Shown: piece by piece, positions 27,371 through 35,102 of the stretch
How positions within the stretch are numbered: position 1 is the first letter of the stretch
How the letters are laid out: every line of letters starts with the position of its first letter
From: Dehalococcoidia bacterium
GTDB taxonomy: Bacteria; Chloroflexota; Dehalococcoidia; UBA6926
NCBI GenBank assembly: GCA_965220565.1
Contig: CBDCQG010000001.1
Coordinates: 601,691-665,690, forward strand
Direction of reading: 5' to 3'
DNA: 64,000 bases
Notes under the pieces: model-generated
Database searches by the model: none
The model's input: only the letters and a program-made list of their open reading frames with translations
What the model was told of the DNA's origin: nothing
Position numbers and translations under genes: made by a program

Positions 27371-28732
27371 TCACCGCCTGATCTCCTCCGCCGGAACCCC
27401 CGCAACCGTCGTGCCCTCCGCCACATTCCGCGTCACGACGGATCCCGCCGCCGTGTACGCCTTATCCCCAACCTCCACAGGCGCGACCAGCAAGGAGCCG
27501 CTGCCGATGAACGCGCCGTCGCCGATGACCGTCAGATGCTTGTCCTGACCATCGAAATTGCACGTCACCGCGCCTGCGCCGATGTTCACGTCGTCCCCGA
27601 TCTCGGCATCGCCTATGTACCCGAAATGACCCATCGCGGTCCGCCTGCCGATCCGACTCGCCTTGACCTCGCCAAAGCTGCCGATGTGGGCATCCCGGCC
27701 GATATGTGTGCCCGGCCGCAGCCGTGCGAACGGCCCCACCGAAACGCCGTCCTCCAGCGTGGCCTCATCCAACCACGATCCCTGTACAACGCAACCCTCG
27801 CCGATCACCGAATCGGTGACGTGCGTGTCCGGCCCGATCTCGCACTCTGCGCCGATGGCCGTTGCCCCGGAGATGTGCGTATTGGGCCGAACGACCGTAC
27901 CCGCCGCGATCCTCACCGTCGCGTCGATGTACGTCGAGGATGGATCGATGATCGTCACACCGGACAACATCAACGACTCCAACGTCCGCCGGCGCGCCAC
28001 CCGTTCCGCTTCGGCCAGGTCAACCGGCGTATTCACCCCGATCGCCTCGTCGGCATCAAGAGGCAGCGTCTCCACGCCCCGTCCGTCCGCCACGGCCAGC
28101 TTGACGAGGTCGGTGATGTAATACTCGCCATCCTCATGCACGGGCAGGCGCTCCACCGCCGTCCGCGCCCACGCAAGATCAAGGGCGTAAACCCCCGTGT
28201 TGCCCTCCGGCGGCGTCTCTTCATAGCGCGGGTCGCCGGACTCCACGATGTCCGCCGCCTTTCCGTCGGGATTGCGCAGAATCCGCCCGTAATCCGCGCT
28301 GCGCGGTGTCTGCATCGTGAAGAGAGTAATGGCAGCGCCGTCCGCGGATGCATGAGCTTTCTTGAGCAGCATCAAGGATTCGGGCGTCATCAGCGGCAGG
28401 TCGCCATTGATGATGAAGAGAGAGTGTGAATCAACGCTGGTGTCAGCCAGCGCCGCCCGCAAAGCGCCGCCGGTGCCGTCTGCCCGGGACTGTATGGCGA
28501 ATCGGTGAGTAATGCCCATAGCCTCCAGCAAAGCGGGTGACGAGTCCCGCACGATGATGGGCTGTGCGAAACCCGCCTCGCCAAGCGCATCCAGGACGCG
28601 CTGGATCATTGTCACTCCGCCCACGTGATGCAGAACCTTCGGACGTGAGGTGCGCATCCGCGATCCCTTGCCTGCTGCGAGCACCACGCATTCCCATGCC
28701 TCATGTGCGGCGCTGTCCTGTGGATTCGTCAT
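27371..28732 (-). CDS. glmU: Bifunctional UDP-N-acetylglucosamine pyrophosphorylase / glucosamine-1-phosphate N-acetyltransferase
   Basis: LAAGKGSRM...RPKVLH N-terminal motif and C-terminal left-handed beta-helix hexapeptide repeats. ATG 28732 with GGGGGA upstream is preferred over 28792. Confidence 0.9.
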   Translation of the reverse strand: MTNPQDSAAHEAWECVVLAAGKGSRMRTSRPKVLHHVGGVTMIQRVLDALGEAGFAQPIIVRDSSPALLEAMGITHRFAIQSRADGTGGALRAALADTSVDSHSLFIINGDLPLMTPESLMLLKKAHASADGAAITLFTMQTPRSADYGRILRNPDGKAADIVESGDPRYEETPPEGNTGVYALDLAWARTAVERLPVHEDGEYYITDLVKLAVADGRGVETLPLDADEAIGVNTPVDLAEAERVARRRTLESLMLSGVTIIDPSSTYIDATVRIAAGTVVRPNTHISGATAIGAECEIGPDTHVTDSVIGEGCVVQGSWLDEATLEDGVSVGPFARLRPGTHIGRDAHIGSFGEVKASRIGRRTAMGHFGYIGDAEIGDDVNIGAGAVTCNFDGQDKHLTVIGDGAFIGSGSLLVAPVEVGDKAYTAAGSVVTRNVAEGTTVAGVPAEEIRR

Positions 28733-28816
28733 CAGTCCCCCGAGATGTCTTGTGCCGAATATCGTCTGCGTGACAGGATGGATGATACACATAGGGGAGT
28801 GTCAGGGGGCGGCACA

Positions 28817-29350
28817 ATGTCGAATGCGGGGAGTATAACGAGCTACGAACACCTCATTCGAGAGATTCCGGACTTTCCCGAAGAGGGAATCCTGTTTCGT
28901 GACATCACCCCCCTGCTGCACAATCCGGAGGCGTTTGCCTGGGCGATCGACAGGATGACGCAGGCCGCCGGAACCATGCCGCTTGATGTCATCGTTGCCG
29001 TTGAAGCCCGTGGATACCTGTTCGGCGCGCCAATGGCGCGAGCCCTGGACGTGCCCTTCACTCCCGTTCGCAAAGTCGGCAAGCTGCCCCACAAGACAAT
29101 CAGCGTCGAATACGCGCTGGAATACGGATCAACCACGGTTGAGATCCATGAGGATGGCATTCAGCCGGGACAGCGCGTCGTGCTGGTGGACGATCTGCTC
29201 GCGACGGGTGGGACGCTGAAAGCGGCGGAGGACCTCGTCCACAAGGCGGGCGGAGTAACAGTCGGGGCGACAGTCCTTATTGAACTGATGGACTTGTCCG
29301 GACGCGCGCTTTTGGGGGACTACCCCGTCCACACGGTCATGCACCTTTAA
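28817..29350 (+). CDS. apt: Adenine phosphoribosyltransferase
   Basis: IPDFPEEGILFRDITPLL and the PRPP motif VVLVDDLLATGGT. ATG 28817 fits the family length (177 aa). Confidence 0.9.
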   Translation: MSNAGSITSYEHLIREIPDFPEEGILFRDITPLLHNPEAFAWAIDRMTQAAGTMPLDVIVAVEARGYLFGAPMARALDVPFTPVRKVGKLPHKTISVEYALEYGSTTVEIHEDGIQPGQRVVLVDDLLATGGTLKAAEDLVHKAGGVTVGATVLIELMDLSGRALLGDYPVHTVMHL

Positions 29351-30279
29351 GGCGGATCATCCGCCAATACGTCCGCCACGACCTCATAGCGCCCGAATGA
29401 CGGGATCATGTAAACACCGGCAATCATCCCGCGCGTTTCCTCGATAAGTTCGCGAGTGATAGCCGCCCCTTCCGCGCGGCCGTTGTCCCCCGCCGCGTGC
29501 AGCCGCCGACGTATCGATTCGGGAATCACCATGCCGGGGACGTTGTTGTGGAGGAACTCCGCATGGCGCGCGCTCTGCAGCGGCAGCACACTGAGCACGA
29601 CGGGCAGGGGAAACCCGCCAAGCAGGTCGTGGAATCGCCGCACCGGCTCAGGAGAAAAGACCGTTTGCGTCATGATGTAGTGCGCTCCGGCCTCAACTTT
29701 GCGTTTCAGGCTCGCAATCTCCTCGTCCGCGTGGGGCGCGTTGGGACTGAGGGCGCAGGCGATTGCGAAAGAGGCAGGCTCCGACAGCGTGTGTCCCGCA
29801 ACGTCCTCACCCGCGTTCAGGCGGCTGAGAGCGCTGATCAACTGTGAGGACGTCACGTCGGAGAGACTGCTTGCGTCAGGATAATCGCCGATCGAGGGGT
29901 TGTCGCCGCGAAAAACATACACGTTCCGCACGTTCAGGGCATGGGCTCCGACGAGATCGGAGTGCAGCGCAAGCACATTGCGGTTCCGCGTGGCGGCGTG
30001 CAGGATCGCCTCCACCCCCGTCTGCCGCTGCAAGAGGACACTCAGCGCGACTGCGCTCATCCGGGCCTGCGCCAACGGCACGTCAGTCGCGTTGAACGCA
30101 TCGACGTGGACCCGCGCCATGAGGTTCTTCAGGCTCTCCAAGGTACGCGCAAAGGTGAATCCGCGAGGAGGATGGACCTCCACCGTCGTCACGAACTCGC
30201 CGTCATGCAGCTTCTGCAAGAGCGCCGTGGGCTGCCCGGCCGGCGGGATGGATGAAGACATGTCAGTTGACGTACTCAA
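29347..30279 (-). CDS. metF: Methylenetetrahydrofolate reductase family protein
   Basis: About 310 aa TIM-barrel-like protein with an N-terminal (V)EVHPPRG strand motif, like the FEFFPP motif of MTHFR. The subfamily is uncertain. Confidence 0.65.
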   Translation of the reverse strand: MSTSTDMSSSIPPAGQPTALLQKLHDGEFVTTVEVHPPRGFTFARTLESLKNLMARVHVDAFNATDVPLAQARMSAVALSVLLQRQTGVEAILHAATRNRNVLALHSDLVGAHALNVRNVYVFRGDNPSIGDYPDASSLSDVTSSQLISALSRLNAGEDVAGHTLSEPASFAIACALSPNAPHADEEIASLKRKVEAGAHYIMTQTVFSPEPVRRFHDLLGGFPLPVVLSVLPLQSARHAEFLHNNVPGMVIPESIRRRLHAAGDNGRAEGAAITRELIEETRGMIAGVYMIPSFGRYEVVADVLADDPP

Positions 30280-30329
30280 ATCTCAAAGTTGGCGGATGTC
30301 AGAACCATTGTGTCTGATTCACGATATAG

Positions 30330-30350
30330 CTTCCCGCCTGCGCGGGAAAG
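30330..30350 (-). terminator. Hairpin downstream of the epimerase gene (REP-A-like stem without flanks)
   Basis: CTTCCCGC, ctgc loop, GCGGGAAG. On the minus strand it is followed by CTATAT. It lies 28 nt after the epimerase stop. Confidence 0.4.
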
Positions 30351-30377
30351 TCGTGCAGCGTGACTCCTGGCCTGCAC

Positions 30378-31304
30378 TCAGGGCGAACGAGGCGTGTTGC
30401 GCAGGGCGGAGACGGTTCGGGTGATGCCCTCACGCAGGCCCATTTCCGCCGTCCAGCCGAGCTCATCTCTTGCCTTGGACGTATCCAGGTAGATTCGACG
30501 CACGTCGCCCGGCCGTTCCGGCGCGAGGACCGGCGCGCGGCTATACCCGGTTTCCTCTGCCAGCAGGGAGAAAATCTCATTGACGGACGTTGGCACGCCA
30601 CTCCCGATGTTGTAAACACCTCCCGTTGGCGCGTCGGAGCGCGCGGCGGCCAGGGCCGCTGCGACGATGTCATCCACATAAACGTAATCACGCTCCTGCT
30701 CGCCGTCGCCATAGATGGTGACATCGTCATTGGCCAGCATCTTCAGGCCAAAGATCGCAACCACGCCGGCCTCGCCGTGCGGATCCTGTCCCGGACCGTA
30801 CACGTTCCCTGGGCGCAGGATCGCGTAGTCAATGCCGTTCGTCTCGGCAATGATGCGCGTGTGCTGCTCCAGCGCGTGCTTGCTCGCTCCATAGACGGAG
30901 AGCGGGTTGATCGGGTGTGCCTCATCGCAGGGCAGGTACTCGGGTTCGCCATAGAGAGCGCCTCCCGTCGAAAACAGTACGACGCGCTTAACGCCGAATC
31001 GGGCGCACTGCCGGAGAAGGTTGATGCCGCCAACGACATTGGTGTGAACGTCCAACTCCGGTTCCCGCATTGAGCGCGCCACTGAAACCTGGGCAGCGAG
31101 ATGAAAGACGATTTCGGGTTGGTGATCCGAAAAAACACCTGCGAGGGCAGCATCGGCGATATCCAGTTCGTGAAGAGGAACGCTAGACGCTCCTTGCTCC
31201 CTGATCGGCGAAGACGAGAGATCGTCGACAACAGCAACCTGCCAGCCGTCGCCGGCAAGGCGCTCAACGAGCTGCGAACCGATGAACCCCGCTCCTCCCG
31301 TCAC
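30378..31304 (-). CDS. NAD-dependent epimerase/dehydratase (GalE-like extended SDR)
   Basis: TGGAGFIGS Rossmann motif, YGASK catalytic motif. GTG 31304 is the only canonical start but it removes beta-strand 1. An in-frame ATT at 31341-31343 has a perfect SD (see findings). Confidence 0.85.
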   Translation of the reverse strand: MTGGAGFIGSQLVERLAGDGWQVAVVDDLSSSPIREQGASSVPLHELDIADAALAGVFSDHQPEIVFHLAAQVSVARSMREPELDVHTNVVGGINLLRQCARFGVKRVVLFSTGGALYGEPEYLPCDEAHPINPLSVYGASKHALEQHTRIIAETNGIDYAILRPGNVYGPGQDPHGEAGVVAIFGLKMLANDDVTIYGDGEQERDYVYVDDIVAAALAAARSDAPTGGVYNIGSGVPTSVNEIFSLLAEETGYSRAPVLAPERPGDVRRIYLDTSKARDELGWTAEMGLREGITRTVSALRNTPRSP

Positions 31305-31373
31305 CAGTGCCCGCGGCTGACCGGGATCACGACTTTGAGTAATGCTGAACCTCCCGTGTTTGAGTGGTCGTTA

Positions 31374-31447
31374 TGGCTGCCCGGCCAGGATTCGAACCTG
31401 GGTCAGAGGATCCAAAGTCCCCTGTGCTACCACTGCACCACCGGGCA
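31374..31447 (-). tRNA. tRNA-Gln (anticodon UUG), CCA encoded
   Basis: Minus-strand read TGCCCGG...CCGGGCA-G-CCA (U1-A72, G73 as in bacterial tRNA-Gln). Anticodon arm GGGGA-CTTTGGA-TCCTC, T-loop TTCGAAT. Confidence 0.9.
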
Positions 31448-31511
31448 AAACCGGAGTGCCGCGCCCGTTCACTCTGAGAGCGGAGAGGTGGCACGCGCAG
31501 ACCGTCCCAAT

Positions 31512-31597
31512 TGGTGCCGAAGGTCGGAGTCGAACCGACACGGGGTTGCCCCCAACGGTGTTTGAGACCGTCGCGTCTGCCATTCCGCCACTTCGGC
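31512..31597 (-). tRNA. tRNA-Leu (anticodon CAA), long variable arm, CCA encoded
   Basis: Minus-strand read GCCGAAG...CTTCGGC-A-CCA. Anticodon arm ACGGT-CTCAAAC-ACCGT, a 15-nt variable arm, T-loop TTCGACT. Confidence 0.9.
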
Positions 31598-31785
31598 ATC
31601 AAAGCGGTGCGTTCATTATGCGACAGTTTCAACCTGTCGGGCGAATCCCGGGCCGGTTGATTTGCATCAAGCGTCAACTATCGGCATCATTAGGCGTGGG
31701 TGCTGTGGTGGGGAGAGAGACAGAAGGTGGGATTGCTAGTCGAGTAGTCTGCGGTATGGCATACTACCGATAATCCATATGGGTA

Positions 31786-32142
31786 TTGTGGGAGGTTAGC
31801 GTGCTGAAAGTTGATGCTGAGAGAGACCAGGTAACCGTCGTCGCCAAGACGGAGGGTAGGATAGACAGCGGAAGCGCGCAGGAATTCCAGGCCGCGCTGG
31901 AGAAAGTGATTCAACCCGAGGACAAGGCGCTGATTATCGACTTCGAGAACGTGTCTTATATCAGCAGCGCAGGAATGCGAGTGATCTTGCTGACCGCCAA
32001 GACTCTTCAGCGGCAGGGAGGCCAATTGGCTTTGTGCTCACTGACAGAGCCTATTCGTGAGGTCTTCAAGATCAGTGGATTCGACAACATCATCGCGATC
32101 CATGAGACGCGTGCCGAGGCAGCCGCAGCAATTTCAAAGTGA
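31786..32142 (+). CDS. STAS-domain anti-sigma-factor antagonist (SpoIIAA/RsbV-like)
   Basis: The pattern G.IDSGSAQEF...LIIDFENVSYISSAGMRVIL...FKISGF is typical of STAS proteins, and the phosphorylatable Ser context is retained. GTG 31801 with GGGAGG upstream may be the true start. Confidence 0.85.
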   Translation: MWEVSVLKVDAERDQVTVVAKTEGRIDSGSAQEFQAALEKVIQPEDKALIIDFENVSYISSAGMRVILLTAKTLQRQGGQLALCSLTEPIREVFKISGFDNIIAIHETRAEAAAAISK

Positions 32143-32218
32143 ACTGGGTGGGGCCACGGGCCCATTCAGTGATGGTCCGGCCTGTTCGTAGTTCACGGGA
32201 GCTCCTTGAGGGAGGCTC

Positions 32219-33430
32219 ATGACCACTGACGTTTCCAGCGAAGATACCGAGCAGACTGAAGAACTGCAGGACGATCAACCAGGCTACAAAATTCTCGTCG
32301 TTGATGACGAGCCTGATCTTGAGCCGCTCGTCCGTCAGCGAATGCGTCGGGAAATTCGTTCCGGTCGCTACAGCTTCGTATTCGCCCATAACGGTGTAGA
32401 AGCCCTTAGAGAACTGGAAGACGATGACGACATCGATATGGTGTTGTCCGATATCAATATGCCCCAGATGGACGGGCTTACCCTCCTCCAGGAGATTCCA
32501 AAAGCAAAACCCAACGTCCGCTCCGTCATCATCTCTGCTTACGGCGACATGCAGAATATCCGAACCGCGATGAATCGCGGCGCATTCGACTTCATCACCA
32601 AGCCGGTGGACTTCGATGATCTGCGCGTCACCATCGATCGAACGCTGCGGCATATCCAGGAATTGCGGGACGCCCTCAGTGTTCGGGATCGTCTCGTTGC
32701 CATCCAGAACGAGTTGGATGTCGCAAAGAATATGCAGCAGTCCATCCTGCCAACCGTTTTCCCAACCGGCGCCGGATATTCGGTCTATGGAACCATGCGG
32801 CCGGCGAGGAACATTGGAGGCGACTTCTTCGACTTGATGCGCCTCCAGTTCGACCGCATCGGACTGGTCGTGGCGGACGTGTCTGACAAGGGAGTTGCCG
32901 CCGGACTTTTCATGATGTCCTCACGCACCTTGCTCAAGGGCGCTGCCGTGGGCAAGGGGCATCCCGGTGAAGTTCTGACTGAAGTGAACAGCCTTCTTGT
33001 GGAAGACAATGAAACGGGTATGTTCGTTACCGTCCTGTATTCCGTCTTCGATCCCCGATCCGGCCGGCTCACCTATGCCAGCGGCGGAGAGAATCCGCCT
33101 TTGCTCATCCATGCAGACGGCTCATCGGAAGAGCTTTCCCTTACCCAGGGAATCGTTCTGGGTGTCGCGCCGGACTATGAATACATGGAAAACAGCGTGG
33201 ACCTTGCGCCCGGCGATAGCGTTATTTTCGTCACGGACGGCGTCACGGAGGCCATGAACGAAGCACAGGAGCCGATGGGCATTCAGAGGGTTCGCGAGCA
33301 CTTTGCGCAATCGCCCCCACAAGACCCTGAAAGCACAGCTCTTGCGGTGATTGACGTGATCAAGGAGTTTGCAGGGTCTGCGGCGCAGCATGATGACATC
33401 ACCTGTCTCGTGCTGCGCAGGGATGACTAG
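32219..33430 (+). CDS. Response-regulator receiver fused to a PP2C/SpoIIE-type serine phosphatase (RsbY/RsbU-like)
   Basis: REC domain: ILVVDDEPD...VLSDINMPQMDG...TKP. PP2C domain: GGDFFD, VADVSDKGVAAG, TDGVTEA, DDITCLV. GAGGGAGG is the RBS. Confidence 0.9.
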   Translation: MTTDVSSEDTEQTEELQDDQPGYKILVVDDEPDLEPLVRQRMRREIRSGRYSFVFAHNGVEALRELEDDDDIDMVLSDINMPQMDGLTLLQEIPKAKPNVRSVIISAYGDMQNIRTAMNRGAFDFITKPVDFDDLRVTIDRTLRHIQELRDALSVRDRLVAIQNELDVAKNMQQSILPTVFPTGAGYSVYGTMRPARNIGGDFFDLMRLQFDRIGLVVADVSDKGVAAGLFMMSSRTLLKGAAVGKGHPGEVLTEVNSLLVEDNETGMFVTVLYSVFDPRSGRLTYASGGENPPLLIHADGSSEELSLTQGIVLGVAPDYEYMENSVDLAPGDSVIFVTDGVTEAMNEAQEPMGIQRVREHFAQSPPQDPESTALAVIDVIKEFAGSAAQHDDITCLVLRRDD

Positions 33431-33439
33431 GACAGCACG

Positions 33440-33850
33440 GTGAACATCTCAATGACCATTGAGTCCAATCACGATGAATTGGATCGCATCACCGCAGCTA
33501 TTGAAGAGCTTGGCGAAGAGAGCGGATGGCCGCTTGAACTCATCTACAAAATCAACCTTGTTCTTGAAGAACTGACGCTCAATATCATGAACTATGGCTA
33601 CACGGATGAAGAGACCCACTATATTGATCTATCCGTGAAGAGCGAGGACGCCAGCATTACCATTGAGATTGTTGATGACGGGCGGCCGTTCAACCCAATC
33701 ATTGATGCGCCTGAGCCGGACCTCGACGGGCCGATGATGGATCGCCGGATCGGAGGATGGGGTATCCACATCGTCCGAACAATCATGGATGACGTTTCCT
33801 ACGTTCGGGCAGACAATAAGAACAGGATGAGGTTGGTCGCCAAGCTTTAG
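33440..33850 (+). CDS. RsbW/SpoIIAB-like serine protein kinase (anti-sigma-type HATPase)
   Basis: N-box EELTLNIMNYG, G1 box VDDGRPFNP, G2 box GGWGIHIV; 136 aa. Confidence 0.8.
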   Translation: MNISMTIESNHDELDRITAAIEELGEESGWPLELIYKINLVLEELTLNIMNYGYTDEETHYIDLSVKSEDASITIEIVDDGRPFNPIIDAPEPDLDGPMMDRRIGGWGIHIVRTIMDDVSYVRADNKNRMRLVAKL

Positions 33851-33863
33851 CAGCGAGGCTGGA

Positions 33864-35102
33864 ATGGTAAACCCCAAGCTAGCCCGAATAGCGTTTGCCG
33901 TGGCTGTCGGAGCCGTGGCGTTGCTGGGTGCGTGCCTCCCGGAAATCGGCATCCTTGAGCAGCCTGAGGTTTCAACACCGGAGCCTGAGGAAACGCAGGA
34001 TCAGACTACTGAAACACCGGGCGTCACACGTGATCAGGTTGTTTTCGGACAATCTGTCGATTTCGGGGAGATTGGGACAAGCCTCCAGATAGGAATTGAG
34101 GCCGCATTCAACGAGATCAACTCTCGGGGTGGCGTGAACGGGCGCAAGTTCAGCCTCATCACCCTGGATGACGACTACGAACCTGCAAAGGCGCTCAGTA
34201 ATATCGACCGTTTCATCGAACAAGACCAGGTCTTTGCCATTCTTGGCTCTGCCGGCACCCCAACAGTGCGCGCAGTTCTGCCCATAGCAGCGCAGCAGGG
34301 CATCCCCGTCATCGCTCCATACACAGGCGCGGAATTCCTGCGAGAGGGCGCGCCGGACAATGTGATAAACCTTCGCGCCTCCTATAAACAGGAGACGCAG
34401 GCAGTGATCGACTATCTCATTGAAAGACGCGGAGCAACGCGCATCGGCTTGTTGTACCAGGATGATGCATTTGGTCGGAGCGGCTACGCGGGAGCCCGTC
34501 AGGCACTGAGAACACACGACATGGAGCCTGTTGCAGTGGGGCTCTATACCGCCAATACGAATGCGATCAAATCAGCCTTGCTGGACATTGCGCCGGCCCA
34601 CCCGGAAGCCGTACTGCTCATTGGGACTTTTGAGCCTGTCGTCGCAATGATCAAGTGGGCTAACCGGACCGGTCTGCACACGCAGTTTTACACGGTTTCC
34701 GTGGCGGGCAATGAACGTCTGCTGGAACAGCTGGGGAACAGCGGCGCAGGAGTGTATGCGACACAAGTCATGCCTCTGATAACCCGGGAAACTGAAGAGA
34801 TTGTGCTGACCTTTAAGAATGCGCTTCACGCGTATGATGCGGAGGCGGAGGCCAACGTCTATTCACTTGAAGGATATATCGCAGGCAGACTTGCTGCGGC
34901 GGGCGTTCGGGCGTGCCGCCAGGAAATGAACCGGGAATGTTTCCTCCGTTCATTGCAGAATGCGCAGCTGCTCAGCATCGACGGATTCAGGTTGCAGTTC
35001 GGGCACAATGATAACCAGGGCTCAGACGCGGTGTACCTCACTGTGATCGGCACTGACGGCACCTATCACCCCGTTGAAACGCTGGTGGAGTCGGCATCAT
35101 GA
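33864..35102 (+). CDS. Lipoprotein, type-I periplasmic binding protein (Leu/Ile/Val-binding family)
   Basis: Lipobox LLGAC followed by VVFGQS...GIEAAFNEINSRGGVNGRKF.LITLDDDYEP, typical of Peripla_BP_6 proteins. Confidence 0.8.
   Translation: MVNPKLARIAFAVAVGAVALLGACLPEIGILEQPEVSTPEPEETQDQTTETPGVTRDQVVFGQSVDFGEIGTSLQIGIEAAFNEINSRGGVNGRKFSLITLDDDYEPAKALSNIDRFIEQDQVFAILGSAGTPTVRAVLPIAAQQGIPVIAPYTGAEFLREGAPDNVINLRASYKQETQAVIDYLIERRGATRIGLLYQDDAFGRSGYAGARQALRTHDMEPVAVGLYTANTNAIKSALLDIAPAHPEAVLLIGTFEPVVAMIKWANRTGLHTQFYTVSVAGNERLLEQLGNSGAGVYATQVMPLITRETEEIVLTFKNALHAYDAEAEANVYSLEGYIAGRLAAAGVRACRQEMNRECFLRSLQNAQLLSIDGFRLQFGHNDNQGSDAVYLTVIGTDGTYHPVETLVESAS

Noticed and set aside
27536-28429. 297-aa ORF on the plus strand
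   Set aside because: It is antisense to glmU, and its repetitive Arg/Pro/His content mirrors the hexapeptide-repeat coding region.
31305-31800. Integrase or mobile element next to the tRNA-Gln / tRNA-Leu pair
   Set aside because: No ORF with integrase or transposase features occurs there or beside tRNA-Thr and tRNA-Glu. I also saw no direct repeat of a tRNA 3' end.
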